NCBI GenBank assembly: GCA_024277205.1
Contig: JAJRVP010000013.1
Location: 8,735 to 72,734 of the forward strand
DNA from: an archaeon
GTDB lineage: Archaea > Nanobdellota > Nanobdellia > CSSed11-243R1
Reading direction: 5' to 3'
Length of the DNA stretch: 64,000 nucleotides
In this document: positions 30,754 to 39,773 of the stretch, one piece after another
Position numbering within the stretch: the first letter of the stretch is position 1
Layout of the letters: every line of letters begins with the position of its first letter
The notes under the pieces: generated by a model
The model's input: the letters and a program-made list of their open reading frames with translations, nothing else
The model's database searches: none
What the model was told of the DNA's origin: nothing
Position numbers and translations under genes: made by a program

Positions 30754-31812
30754 ATGAGAAGAACATTCATATTTTTATTATTATGCTTTTTAATATTTTC
30801 AATTACTCAAGCCCGCTCATTAGACATATCAATTGATAAGACAGAAGTTTCTGCAAATTCAGAGATTACTATTGCCTATAGCATACAGTTTGATGAAGAA
30901 GAAACATTTACATATCAAGTTGGTGTAAAAGGAAATGAGTCTATTGTTCTTTTAAATGAAACAATTACAAGTGATAAAGCAGAAGGAGAGATTGTATGGA
31001 ATACTAAAAATTATCCTGCTGGCGAATATGAGGCATACATTTTCATTTATCCAACAACTTATTGGCCTTCTAGGAAATTTGAGATATTGCCATTCATGGA
31101 CTTTAAAATTGATTTTCAAAAACTTGACATTTTTGTTTATAAGAACAGCATAACAAAAGCCTTTGAAATAAAAAACACAGGAAACATTCCTCTTTTTGCA
31201 TCACTTTCATTAAAAGGTTTGAAATCTGAAGCTAGTTTAACACCAATAACATCAAAAATTGGTGTAAACAAATCAGCTTCTTTTTTATTTTCTGTTGAAA
31301 AACCAGATAAAACATATAATGCAACATTGACAATTGAATTAAGTGGTGGAGATGAATACCAAGAAGTTGAAATACCTATAACAATTTACAATCCCTTTGT
31401 TCTTATTGAAGCAAAAAATATTACTCTTGAAAGAACAGCCAATTCCCAAATTGTCAAAGGGGAGATATACAACAAGGGAAATGTCTATAGAAACATTACA
31501 TTAATTTTTAATTTAGAAGATAGAGAAGAAAAACAAGAAATTGTGCTTTATCCAAACAAAACATTTGAGTTAAACCAAACCTTTCCACTTAATGAAAAAG
31601 TAAATTCTTTAGAAATTAAATATATTGGAAATGAAGGAAAAGAGGAAGTAATTAAACAAAGTTTTGGAGTTTTACCTTCAATAGATTTATCCAATATTAA
31701 AGATAATTTGCCCTATCTGATTGTAAGCATAATCTTTTTGATAGGGATCCTTTATGTCTTGTTTAGAAAAAGAAAACCAAAAGATGTAAAATTTGAAGAA
31801 CAATCAATATAA
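30754..31812 (+). CDS. secreted surface protein with C-terminal TM anchor
   Basis: Signal peptide, beta-rich ectodomain, C-terminal helix plus basic tail (FRKRKPKD). Confidence 0.5.
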   Translation: MRRTFIFLLLCFLIFSITQARSLDISIDKTEVSANSEITIAYSIQFDEEETFTYQVGVKGNESIVLLNETITSDKAEGEIVWNTKNYPAGEYEAYIFIYPTTYWPSRKFEILPFMDFKIDFQKLDIFVYKNSITKAFEIKNTGNIPLFASLSLKGLKSEASLTPITSKIGVNKSASFLFSVEKPDKTYNATLTIELSGGDEYQEVEIPITIYNPFVLIEAKNITLERTANSQIVKGEIYNKGNVYRNITLIFNLEDREEKQEIVLYPNKTFELNQTFPLNEKVNSLEIKYIGNEGKEEVIKQSFGVLPSIDLSNIKDNLPYLIVSIIFLIGILYVLFRKRKPKDVKFEEQSI

Positions 31813-32596
31813 ACAACAAATATTTAGTACAAGTGTAATGCAAATGGCAGAAATTGAATGGGAAAAAGAATTTGGAATTGGAAAGTATGTATTTACCTTA
31901 GCAGAAATTAGAGATTTAGTTATATCTGCTTTAGTTCTCGGATTTCTTTTTTCAACAGTTTTGAGATATTTTCAAGTAACAACTTCAACATCAATACTAA
32001 TAAATTTCTTAATATCAACAGCAATTGTTGCTCCAGCATTAATACTCCATGAATTAGCACACAAATTTGTTGCTCAGCGTTATGATTGCAAAGCAACATA
32101 TGTTATGTGGCCAATGGGCGTTATATTTTCTATATTCATGACTTTAATTAGTGGATTTGTTTTTGCAGCGCTTGGTGCTGTAATGATTGCAACAACATAT
32201 TCCACTCGCTTAGGATATAGATTTATAGGTTTAACCAATGAAGAAATTGGTAAAATCTCTTGGTCAGGTCCAATAACAAACATTGCTTTGGCAATTATTG
32301 GATTTATTCTTTCACCATTGAATCCTTCTATATTCCATGTAGTTGTTCAGATTAATCTTATAATTGCAATGTTTAACATGATTCCATTTCCACCATTAGA
32401 TGGTTCAAAAATATTTGCATTGAGCAGGGTAATCTGGGCAGGCACACTCGCATCAGTACTTGTATTGCTTTTCCTTCCAGACATTTTGGGAGTTGCGCTT
32501 TCAATTTTATTGGCAGTAATTATAGTGGTTGCAATATTTTTGCTTGCAAGATGGATTTCACCATGGAAGCACCCAGAGGTAGAGCACAGATTTTGA
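31793..32596 (+). CDS. site-2 protease family (M50) membrane metalloprotease
   Basis: HELAHK (HExxH) in a TM helix and a downstream NMIPFPPLDGSKI (LDG) motif. Confidence 0.8.
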   Translation: MKNNQYKQQIFSTSVMQMAEIEWEKEFGIGKYVFTLAEIRDLVISALVLGFLFSTVLRYFQVTTSTSILINFLISTAIVAPALILHELAHKFVAQRYDCKATYVMWPMGVIFSIFMTLISGFVFAALGAVMIATTYSTRLGYRFIGLTNEEIGKISWSGPITNIALAIIGFILSPLNPSIFHVVVQINLIIAMFNMIPFPPLDGSKIFALSRVIWAGTLASVLVLLFLPDILGVALSILLAVIIVVAIFLLARWISPWKHPEVEHRF

Positions 32597-32655
32597 ATCT
32601 CACAAAACTTTTAAATAGCTAAAGTTAGTTAAAAATTATAATCGGAGGTAATAAA

Positions 32656-32922
32656 ATGGTCACAAAAGGAGAAAGGATTCAATCTAAAAACATCTTAGGT
32701 AGAACTGTTGTAAGCAAAGCTGGAAAAAAATTTGGAGAGGTTGGCGACTTAATTTTTGAATCAAAAACAGGAGAATTGATATATGTTGTTTTGAAAAATC
32801 CAACACCTTATGCAGCAAGTTTTGACTTAGAAAGAGATGAGAGAGGAAATATAAAAATTCCATTTTCATCTGTTGTTGCAGTTGGAGACTATGTAGTAGT
32901 CGCAGAAGAAGACATCCTTTAA
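32656..32922 (+). CDS. PRC-barrel domain protein
   Basis: 88 aa; PRC-barrel-like sequence (ILGRTVVSKAGKKFGEVGDLIFE...). Confidence 0.6.
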   Translation: MVTKGERIQSKNILGRTVVSKAGKKFGEVGDLIFESKTGELIYVVLKNPTPYAASFDLERDERGNIKIPFSSVVAVGDYVVVAEEDIL

Positions 32923-33043
32923 ACTTTTATTTTTCATTTCTATTAATTGAACGTTTTTCTAATCAAAACACTTAAATAACACCAAATTTAATATTAAATA
33001 ACTCGTAAAATAAGTAATTCTGCTTATTTTTACGGAAAAGAGG

Positions 33044-33484
33044 TTGATAAAAATGTCAGTTAAAAAAGGAGACATAGTAAAAGTTGAATATGTTGGTACT
33101 TTAGATGATGGGACTATATTTGATAGTTCTGAAAAACACGGGGCGCCAATCGAATTCAAGGTTGGTTCTGGAGAAGTTATAAAAGGATTTGAAGAAGCAG
33201 TAATAGGAATGAAAAAAGGAGAAGAAAAAGAATTCAAGATCCCACCTTCTGAAGCTTATGGCGATCATAATCCTGAATTAGTAAAAGACATACCAAGAGA
33301 ACAATTTCCAAAAGATATGGAAATTAAACAAGGCACAATAATTGGTATTGATATCCCAGGAGCAGGACAAATACCAGCAACAATTACAAAAGTAACTGAT
33401 TCATCAGTCACACTAGATTTAAACCCACCATTAGCAGGAAAAACATTAAACTTCAAAATAAAAATTGTTGATGTTATTTCTTAA
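33044..33484 (+). CDS. FKBP-type peptidyl-prolyl cis-trans isomerase (SlyD-like)
   Basis: KKGDIVKVEYVGTLDDGTIFDSS and FKVGSGEVIKGFEEAVIGMKKGE signature. Confidence 0.88.
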   Translation: MIKMSVKKGDIVKVEYVGTLDDGTIFDSSEKHGAPIEFKVGSGEVIKGFEEAVIGMKKGEEKEFKIPPSEAYGDHNPELVKDIPREQFPKDMEIKQGTIIGIDIPGAGQIPATITKVTDSSVTLDLNPPLAGKTLNFKIKIVDVIS

Positions 33485-34250
33485 TTCTTTTTTTTGAAAT
33501 TAGTTTATATGCAATTAGGCTCATATACCCAAAAGCAGCAATTGCATATGCATCCTTAAAATTTCCTTTGCTATATAACAAAACCTTGAGAGTTAAAGCT
33601 CCGAAGCCAATGACAAAAAGCACCCACAACGGAAAAATGTTTATTCTATCTGGCATTTGTGGTCTTAACTTTAAGAAAAATTCAACTATTGAATTTTCAT
33701 CAAAAGGATTAACTTCTATATTTTTAATTCCAAGTTTGTAATCTTTTGCAAGCTCAGCAATTTTTCCAGGATTTCCAAGAGATTTATTCGCAATTATTTC
33801 ATGCACAATCCTATTCGCATTTGGCAATAGTTCTTGAGCTAACAAAATTGATTCTTCTTTTGACAATTCCTTAAGCTCAACAATTTCATCTAAAAAGTAG
33901 AGCTTCCTACTCGAAGCTACTACAACAACAGCACCTTCGCTAATTAATTTTTCAATTAATCTTATTGTTGGTCTATAAATATCTTCGCAATTATCAATAA
34001 GCAAAACAGCTTTTGGTAAATATCTTTTAATTAATTCTAATTGCTCAGGAATTGTTATCCATCTAAATAGATTAACTTTGTAATGTTTTGCAATCGCATT
34101 AAGAATTTGCTTTGCTGAAGGATATTCAATATAAATTCCTTTTATCTTTTTTAGCAAGGTTGTTTTTCCAATACCTTTTGGACCTAACAAAAGTGTTGAT
34201 TTTTTCATTTTAATATTTCTTTCAATTTTGTAAAATTCATCTATATGCAT
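33474..34250 (-). CDS. P-loop ATPase with C-terminal membrane anchor (archaeal ATPase family)
   Basis: Walker A LLLGPKGIGKTTLL, Walker B LLIDNCED; C-terminal TM helices; start set at the internal Met (MHIDEF) because the annotated 5' extension overlaps the upstream gene. Confidence 0.6.
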   Translation of the reverse strand: MHIDEFYKIERNIKMKKSTLLLGPKGIGKTTLLKKIKGIYIEYPSAKQILNAIAKHYKVNLFRWITIPEQLELIKRYLPKAVLLIDNCEDIYRPTIRLIEKLISEGAVVVVASSRKLYFLDEIVELKELSKEESILLAQELLPNANRIVHEIIANKSLGNPGKIAELAKDYKLGIKNIEVNPFDENSIVEFFLKLRPQMPDRINIFPLWVLFVIGFGALTLKVLLYSKGNFKDAYAIAAFGYMSLIAYKLISKKRIKK

Positions 34251-34702
34251 AATACCACCACCAAAAGAATTGACATGATTGAAATCAAAGTTTCTTTCCA
34301 GCTGCCAGTAATTAAAGGCCCACCAAACACAACAAAGTTCTTTCTGTATGGCCAGAAAAGAGGGACTCCTGTATAAGTTAACATATCTGCAAAGAGATGG
34401 CTTCCTATTGCTAGCCAAGCCAATTTGTAAAATTTCAAATTAATTGCAAAAAAGTTTGTTATTAATATCGCAAAAATTAATGAATGTGTAAAACTTCTGT
34501 GCCCAAATTTTTTATAGATGAAAAATGAAATTGGTTTTATCCTTCCAAGTATTGAGTTTGGATGGTCGATATCTGGTAAGAGTGACATCATTGTAACAAA
34601 CAATAGCTCTCCGATGCCAACGTACCAGTTCAGCAGCTTGGCGAGCAGCAAGGCAATTGAAATATGCCCGAACGCGCGCATACAACTAAAAGCCCTATTC
34701 AA
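34241..34702 (-). CDS. membrane-bound metal-dependent hydrolase (DUF457/YdjM-like)
   Basis: Multi-TM with a PDIDHP motif; a paralog lies at 49203-49727. Confidence 0.55.
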   Translation of the reverse strand: MNRAFSCMRAFGHISIALLLAKLLNWYVGIGELLFVTMMSLLPDIDHPNSILGRIKPISFFIYKKFGHRSFTHSLIFAILITNFFAINLKFYKLAWLAIGSHLFADMLTYTGVPLFWPYRKNFVVFGGPLITGSWKETLISIMSILLVVVLCI

Positions 34703-34764
34703 TTTATAAAAGTTATATTTAAATAATTCGTTACCTTTATATATTGAATTTTCTTTAATTAGAT

Positions 34765-35514
34765 ATGCAAGTCTTAATAATTGATGTTTCTAAATGCCCT
34801 GAATGCAACTCAACTAAGATCCAATTTAATTCTAAGACTCATGAATTATACTGCCAAGAATGCGGCTATGTAATGCAAGATAGAATTCCTGTAATTGAGG
34901 CAAAATATGGAAAAGCTGAAAAGGTATATATTAATCCAAAGGAAAAGAAAATTGCAATTGTAATTAAGGGGATTCTGAAAAGCCCAATTGAGAAAAAGAT
35001 GACTCCTTTTTATGCAGAATTAAAAAAGTTTCGTTTGCCAAAATATGTTGAAGCTGAAGTTATTTCAATTTGCAAGAAATGTGTTGAAGAAAAATTAACT
35101 ATGAGCTATTCAAAGCTAAAGCTCCTTTCCGCCACAATTTATCTAGTTTCAAAAAGAGAAGGAATCCCAATTATGATAAAAGGATTAACCAAAACTTATG
35201 GCGTTGAAAAGTATGACATTTTAAAGGTTGCCAAATTTATTTCTAAGAAATTTAATCTAAAATTGCCAAACGGAGATGTTGAAAATTATATTATTAGAAT
35301 AACAAGTGACTTAAACAAAGAAGGAGAATTAACTCGCGAAGCAATTAAAATCTCTAAAACACTTAACATCTGCAACCCGCTTATAAAAACCGCCGTTGCA
35401 ATTTGGCTTGCTTCTCAAAAACTCAAAATCAAACTCAAAAAATACGAACTCGCAAATGCCTGCGGTATTTCTGAATTGACATTGAGGAGAAATCTGAGGA
35501 AAAGTTTAAATTAA
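34765..35514 (+). CDS. transcription factor TFIIB-like paralog (short, 249 aa)
   Basis: N-terminal Zn ribbon CPEC..x15..CQECG followed by cyclin-like repeats; shorter and more divergent than the canonical TFB at 58208. Confidence 0.65.
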   Translation: MQVLIIDVSKCPECNSTKIQFNSKTHELYCQECGYVMQDRIPVIEAKYGKAEKVYINPKEKKIAIVIKGILKSPIEKKMTPFYAELKKFRLPKYVEAEVISICKKCVEEKLTMSYSKLKLLSATIYLVSKREGIPIMIKGLTKTYGVEKYDILKVAKFISKKFNLKLPNGDVENYIIRITSDLNKEGELTREAIKISKTLNICNPLIKTAVAIWLASQKLKIKLKKYELANACGISELTLRRNLRKSLN

Positions 35515-35617
35515 AGAAATGATTACACCACCTTGAAATAAGAAAGTAAAAATATAAGTGAGTCAGGATGATAGAACTTGAGGGTTGCCCCCGTGCTAAT
35601 AGCTGGAGGAATGTTTT

Positions 35618-35974
35618 ATGGATTGTAATAGTGAACGAAAAGATATAATCAAAACGCTTTTGCTTGTGCTAAGTTTTGTTGGAGGCACAGCTTTATTGTT
35701 TTATTCTAATATCAATGCTACTGTTGCGATGAGTGCTTACTTTGTTATATACATTCTTTCCATATTATTCTTGGTTATTTTGTATCTAACAACGAGATTA
35801 GATAATTATCTGATGTTATCTGCTGTTCTTTTATTTGTATTTACTGTTTCACTTCCTTTGATTAGTGGTATCTTAAAATCGTTGGGTGGTATAAATTTGA
35901 TAGTAAGTTTATTAGTTGCAATAGTTTTATCTCTTGTTTTATCATATGTTGTCTCTAGAAAACTAATAAACTAG
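35618..35974 (+). CDS. small integral membrane protein
   Basis: Three predicted TM helices. Confidence 0.4.
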   Translation: MDCNSERKDIIKTLLLVLSFVGGTALLFYSNINATVAMSAYFVIYILSILFLVILYLTTRLDNYLMLSAVLLFVFTVSLPLISGILKSLGGINLIVSLLVAIVLSLVLSYVVSRKLIN

Positions 35975-36003
35975 TGCATCTCTAACGTTATACAGTGCTC
36001 TTT

Positions 36004-36516
36004 TTATTCTAATACTTTTGCATCAGTAAAGAAGACATTTACTTTTAAATTTTCACATAACTCTTCATTTAGGGGTATGTAAGGAATAATGATGAACATA
36101 TCTGAATCTTCATTAGGTACGATCCACCTAAAGTAATAGTTATACTCATCGAATTCCACAGGCATGTCTGGTGTTTTATCTGCATCAAGGGGGATTTGAT
36201 AGTTTGAAGGAACCTGTGTTCTTTTGTTACTACCGCTCAACGATTCATATACTAAATAGTTAACCCCTTCTTCCTTTTCAAATCCTTTCTTAGGATTTAT
36301 GTACAAAGTACAGTTCTCATATGTATTTCTCAATTTTGATCTGCACACCAGCTCAACATTGGGTTTTTCGATTATATTGCATGATATTTCTTCTGTTTTT
36401 TCTGTTTGTGTTTCATCTTTATCGCAAATACCATTGTCATTCGCATCTAGGCAACATTCTATGCCAACCTTTGAGATAGGGTTTATCACAAGTAACTTCC
36501 TGTTGGATACAACCAC
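36004..36516 (-). CDS. hypothetical secreted cysteine-containing protein
   Basis: ORF with several Cys; the upstream in-frame region is hydrophobic. Confidence 0.4.
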   Translation of the reverse strand: MVVSNRKLLVINPISKVGIECCLDANDNGICDKDETQTEKTEEISCNIIEKPNVELVCRSKLRNTYENCTLYINPKKGFEKEEGVNYLVYESLSGSNKRTQVPSNYQIPLDADKTPDMPVEFDEYNYYFRWIVPNEDSDMFIIIPYIPLNEELCENLKVNVFFTDAKVLE

Positions 36517-36622
36517 TTACAAAAACAATAGCTAGAACAATAGAGATTATCAAAAAACTAAAACCAACATATTTATCTAGTTTCATTACAAGTAACTAAA
36601 TTGTAGTTATTTAAAAAGTTTT

Positions 36623-36913
36623 TTACTTAAGAATATTTAAACATTTTAAAATTGAAAAGATTATGGCTATCATCAACATCACATACCCGAAGAGGTAAGC
36701 GGACCTTGCTTTTTCTTTCTTCATTAAATCAATCGTTTTATAAGTATCTAGAAGAACTCCAAGCGCGATACCAAATAAAGATAATAAGAAGAGTAATCTA
36801 AATATGCTAACTTCTTCGATAGTAATTAAAATAGATATCGCCAAAAACAAAATCATTGCTGTGTTAACTCGCAACGAAATATCAGTTTGGGAAGATACCA
36901 TTGTTTTAGTCAA
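36623..36913 (-). CDS. small membrane protein
   Basis: Hydrophobic 96-aa ORF. Confidence 0.35.
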   Translation of the reverse strand: MTKTMVSSQTDISLRVNTAMILFLAISILITIEEVSIFRLLFLLSLFGIALGVLLDTYKTIDLMKKEKARSAYLFGYVMLMIAIIFSILKCLNILK

Positions 36914-36958
36914 AGGAACTTTTGTTTTATATTCTTTTTCTCTTCCACAAAAAATTTT

Positions 36959-37801
36959 TCACCCTTCATGTTTTGCCTTTGGGGTGTCTTTGAAGCATCT
37001 TTCTTTGTATTCGCAGTATTTGCACATCCAGTTTGATTCTTTGTGAGCTCTTGCTTCTGCTTCTGGAAGTATATTTTCAACTAAGTGCTTGTGCAATTTC
37101 TTAAAGCGCTCAATTATTCTTCGAGCTTCAGCTTCATCATATTTTATTTCAAAAATTTTGCTTTTAAGATTTGTTTTGTCAATATAAAGCAAAATACCAT
37201 TATGGACTCCAGTGAAATGCATGTACAATTGCAGTTGCTGCACATTGTGAGGAGAAGCATTGTTCACCCATTGGATTCCTTTTGTTGATTTTACTTCAAC
37301 AAGATAAATTTTGCCACTTGCTTTTATTTTGATTAGATTATCTATGCGCCCAGATATTAGAAAATCCTCAACTTTCTCCTTAAATGGAAATTCGCTTTCT
37401 AATAATTCAACATCTTTTGTTTTTTCTGATTTAAGAACTTCAACAACAAAGTCGTGGATAATGTCACCCATTTTGAATATTTTTCTCAAGTCGGGGTCAA
37501 TTTCAGAAGGATACTTATAAGAGTACCAAACTTTGCGCATGCACGAGCCAGCCTCAGAAGGATAGTATTTTCCTATGCCTTTTGGCTTTGATTCCCTTTT
37601 TATGTGCTCATCAATGAGCTTGTCAAAGTCTATCACAATATATTTAATATTTACTGTATTTATAATTATTAAGGTGGGGTTCTGAGGTGTTTGATATGAA
37701 TATAAAAAACGTACTGCTTGATTGGAGTGGCACTCTTGTGGATGTTGTTGGATATTTACATCAGATAGACATGAGAATATTTGATGACTTTGGAGTTCCA
37801 A
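36959..37801 (-). CDS. Cas4-like / RecB-family PD-(D/E)xK nuclease with 4-Cys Fe-S cluster signature (DUF83-like); start uncertain
   Basis: N-terminal Cys (SEAGSC), motif II D (GRIDNL), motif III EVK (YLVEVKSTKG), QxxxY (QLQLY) and C-terminal CxxCx5C (CKYCEYKERC); no cas genes or repeats nearby. Confidence 0.6.
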   Translation of the reverse strand: MELQSHQIFSCLSDVNIQQHPQECHSNQAVRFLYSYQTPQNPTLIIINTVNIKYIVIDFDKLIDEHIKRESKPKGIGKYYPSEAGSCMRKVWYSYKYPSEIDPDLRKIFKMGDIIHDFVVEVLKSEKTKDVELLESEFPFKEKVEDFLISGRIDNLIKIKASGKIYLVEVKSTKGIQWVNNASPHNVQQLQLYMHFTGVHNGILLYIDKTNLKSKIFEIKYDEAEARRIIERFKKLHKHLVENILPEAEARAHKESNWMCKYCEYKERCFKDTPKAKHEG

Positions 37802-38340
37802 GAATTACAAGAGAAGAATTCCAAAGAAAATTAGAATTTGGTGCTGGAAAAGATTATATGGCTTTTTTCAAGGAATATGGCATTTACGATAAAGAAAGGG
37901 TTGATAATCTTTCTAAAAAATATGGACTTGCAATTCCACCTGATCCACCAATTATTGAGGATGCGATTATTACATTTAAGGAACTTAGCTCAAGAGGTGT
38001 GGATATTGTAATTTTGAGCACTGGGGGATTGGTAGGTAAAACAAAAGAAAATATTGTTGCTAAACTTAGGGAGATTGATGGGAAGAGATATATTAAAGAT
38101 GTTTATATTGCCATTGAAGGAAAAGAAAATGTAATACCAATACTTCTTAAGGAAAAGAATTTTGATCCTAAAGAAACCGCAATAGTTGGGGATAGAGTTA
38201 GTGACATAAAAGCAGGGAAAAGGCATGATTTGTACACTGTTGGAGTACTTTATGGTATGGATCCTCTAGAAAAAATTAGGGAAGCAAATCCAGATTACAC
38301 CATAAATTCTCTTTTGGAGTTATTAGAAATATTGTCTTAG
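37687..38340 (+). CDS. HAD-superfamily hydrolase (phosphoglycolate phosphatase-like)
   Basis: Motif I LLDWSGTLVD at the N-terminus; motifs III/IV (K..., GDRVSD). Confidence 0.75.
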   Translation: MFDMNIKNVLLDWSGTLVDVVGYLHQIDMRIFDDFGVPRITREEFQRKLEFGAGKDYMAFFKEYGIYDKERVDNLSKKYGLAIPPDPPIIEDAIITFKELSSRGVDIVILSTGGLVGKTKENIVAKLREIDGKRYIKDVYIAIEGKENVIPILLKEKNFDPKETAIVGDRVSDIKAGKRHDLYTVGVLYGMDPLEKIREANPDYTINSLLELLEILS

Positions 38341-38368
38341 AATTAAGATAATTCCATAAGACATTAAC

Positions 38369-39595
38369 TTAAAATTCTCCCAAGGCATAGCGGTTTGAGA
38401 TTTTTCGTTTTTCATGCTTGTGTTCTGAATATCTTTTGCGTTCTTTTTGTTCTTTATAGTGTTCTTTAAACTTTGGAATGTCATAATCTGCCTTTTCAAT
38501 TCTCTGATCCAAATACCACTCAATGCTTGATAAAAATTCTTTATCTCTGCTCGTAACAAGAGTAATTGCTTTTCCTAATTTTCCAGCCCTGCCTGTTCTT
38601 CCAATGCGGTGTACATAGTCTTTTGGGTCTCGAGGGACATTGTAGTTAATAACATGACTAACTCCTCTTATATCAAGTCCCCGAGCAGCCACATCTGTTG
38701 CAACAAGGATGTTAAATTTTCCTTGTCGAAAATTAGAGAGAACTTTATTCCTCCTTGCTTGGGAAAAGTTACCATGCAAGGCATCTGCTTTATAACCCAT
38801 TCTTTTTAGGTTATGAACTAATTTATCAACTGCAATTTTTGTATTGCAAAAGATAATTGCTGATTTTATTTTTTCTTTGGATAAGATTGTTTTAAGGGCA
38901 TTTAGTTTATTCCTATAATCAACTTCGCAGTAAACCTGTTTTGTATCCTTAACAGTTAATTCATCTTTGCTTACTTGAATTAGCTCAGGATTTTTCATAT
39001 AATCTTTTGCAAGATTCAAAATGGATTCTGGCATTGTTGCTGAAAAAAGCAAGGTTTGATGATTTTTAGGAACTTTTTCTAGAATGAATCTCATATCCTC
39101 TATGAATCCCATGTCCAACATTCTGTCTGCTTCGTCAAGAACAACAATTTTTATGTTGTCAAGCTTTAGGTTTCCCCTATTTATTTGATCAATTAATCTT
39201 CCAGGTGTACCAACTATGACATGAGTGCCGCGATGTAAAATTTCTGCTTGCCTATCTATGCTTACTCCACCATAAACAGATAGCACATTGATTTTTTTGT
39301 ATTTTCCAAGCTTTTTTATTTCATTGCTTACCTGTACAGCCAATTCTCTTGTTGGAACAACAATAATGGCTTGTGGTTTTCTGTGATTTATATCAATTTT
39401 TTCAATAATAGGAATGGCAAATGCAGCAGTTTTACCTGTGCCGGTTTGAGCCTGTCCTATAATGTCTTGTCCCTTTAATATCTTGGGGATTGTTTCTAGC
39501 TGAATAGGAAACATTTCAGAATGCCCTAATTCTTCTATTGCCCTTTTTAATTCTGGGCTTATTTTCAATTCTTCAAATTTTTTTATTTTTTCCAT
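38369..39595 (-). CDS. DEAD-box ATP-dependent RNA helicase
   Basis: Q-motif, AQTGTGKT, PTRELA, DEAD, SAT, HRIGRTGR. Confidence 0.93.
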   Translation of the reverse strand: MEKIKKFEELKISPELKRAIEELGHSEMFPIQLETIPKILKGQDIIGQAQTGTGKTAAFAIPIIEKIDINHRKPQAIIVVPTRELAVQVSNEIKKLGKYKKINVLSVYGGVSIDRQAEILHRGTHVIVGTPGRLIDQINRGNLKLDNIKIVVLDEADRMLDMGFIEDMRFILEKVPKNHQTLLFSATMPESILNLAKDYMKNPELIQVSKDELTVKDTKQVYCEVDYRNKLNALKTILSKEKIKSAIIFCNTKIAVDKLVHNLKRMGYKADALHGNFSQARRNKVLSNFRQGKFNILVATDVAARGLDIRGVSHVINYNVPRDPKDYVHRIGRTGRAGKLGKAITLVTSRDKEFLSSIEWYLDQRIEKADYDIPKFKEHYKEQKERKRYSEHKHEKRKISNRYALGEF

Positions 39596-39732
39596 AAAGA
39601 GCTTAGAATATTTGCTTTTAAAAGCTTTGGGTGTGGCATTTGGCTCGTTTCAACAAAGTTTTTTGATTATCGATATTATCCTAAAAATGTTATACATTGT
39701 CATTAAATTCATTGGAAATGTATAAAGATTAG

Positions 39733-39750
39733 CATTGGAAATATATAAAT
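39733..39750 (+). promoter_or_regulatory. BRE/TATA-like promoter element (ggaaATATATAAAT), second copy of a tandem 18-nt direct repeat
   Basis: Centred about 28 nt upstream of the ATG at 39774; a near-identical copy (cattggaaatgtataaag) lies at 39710-39727. Confidence 0.35.
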
Positions 39751-39773
39751 ATGCATATTTTGTTTAAAATGAT

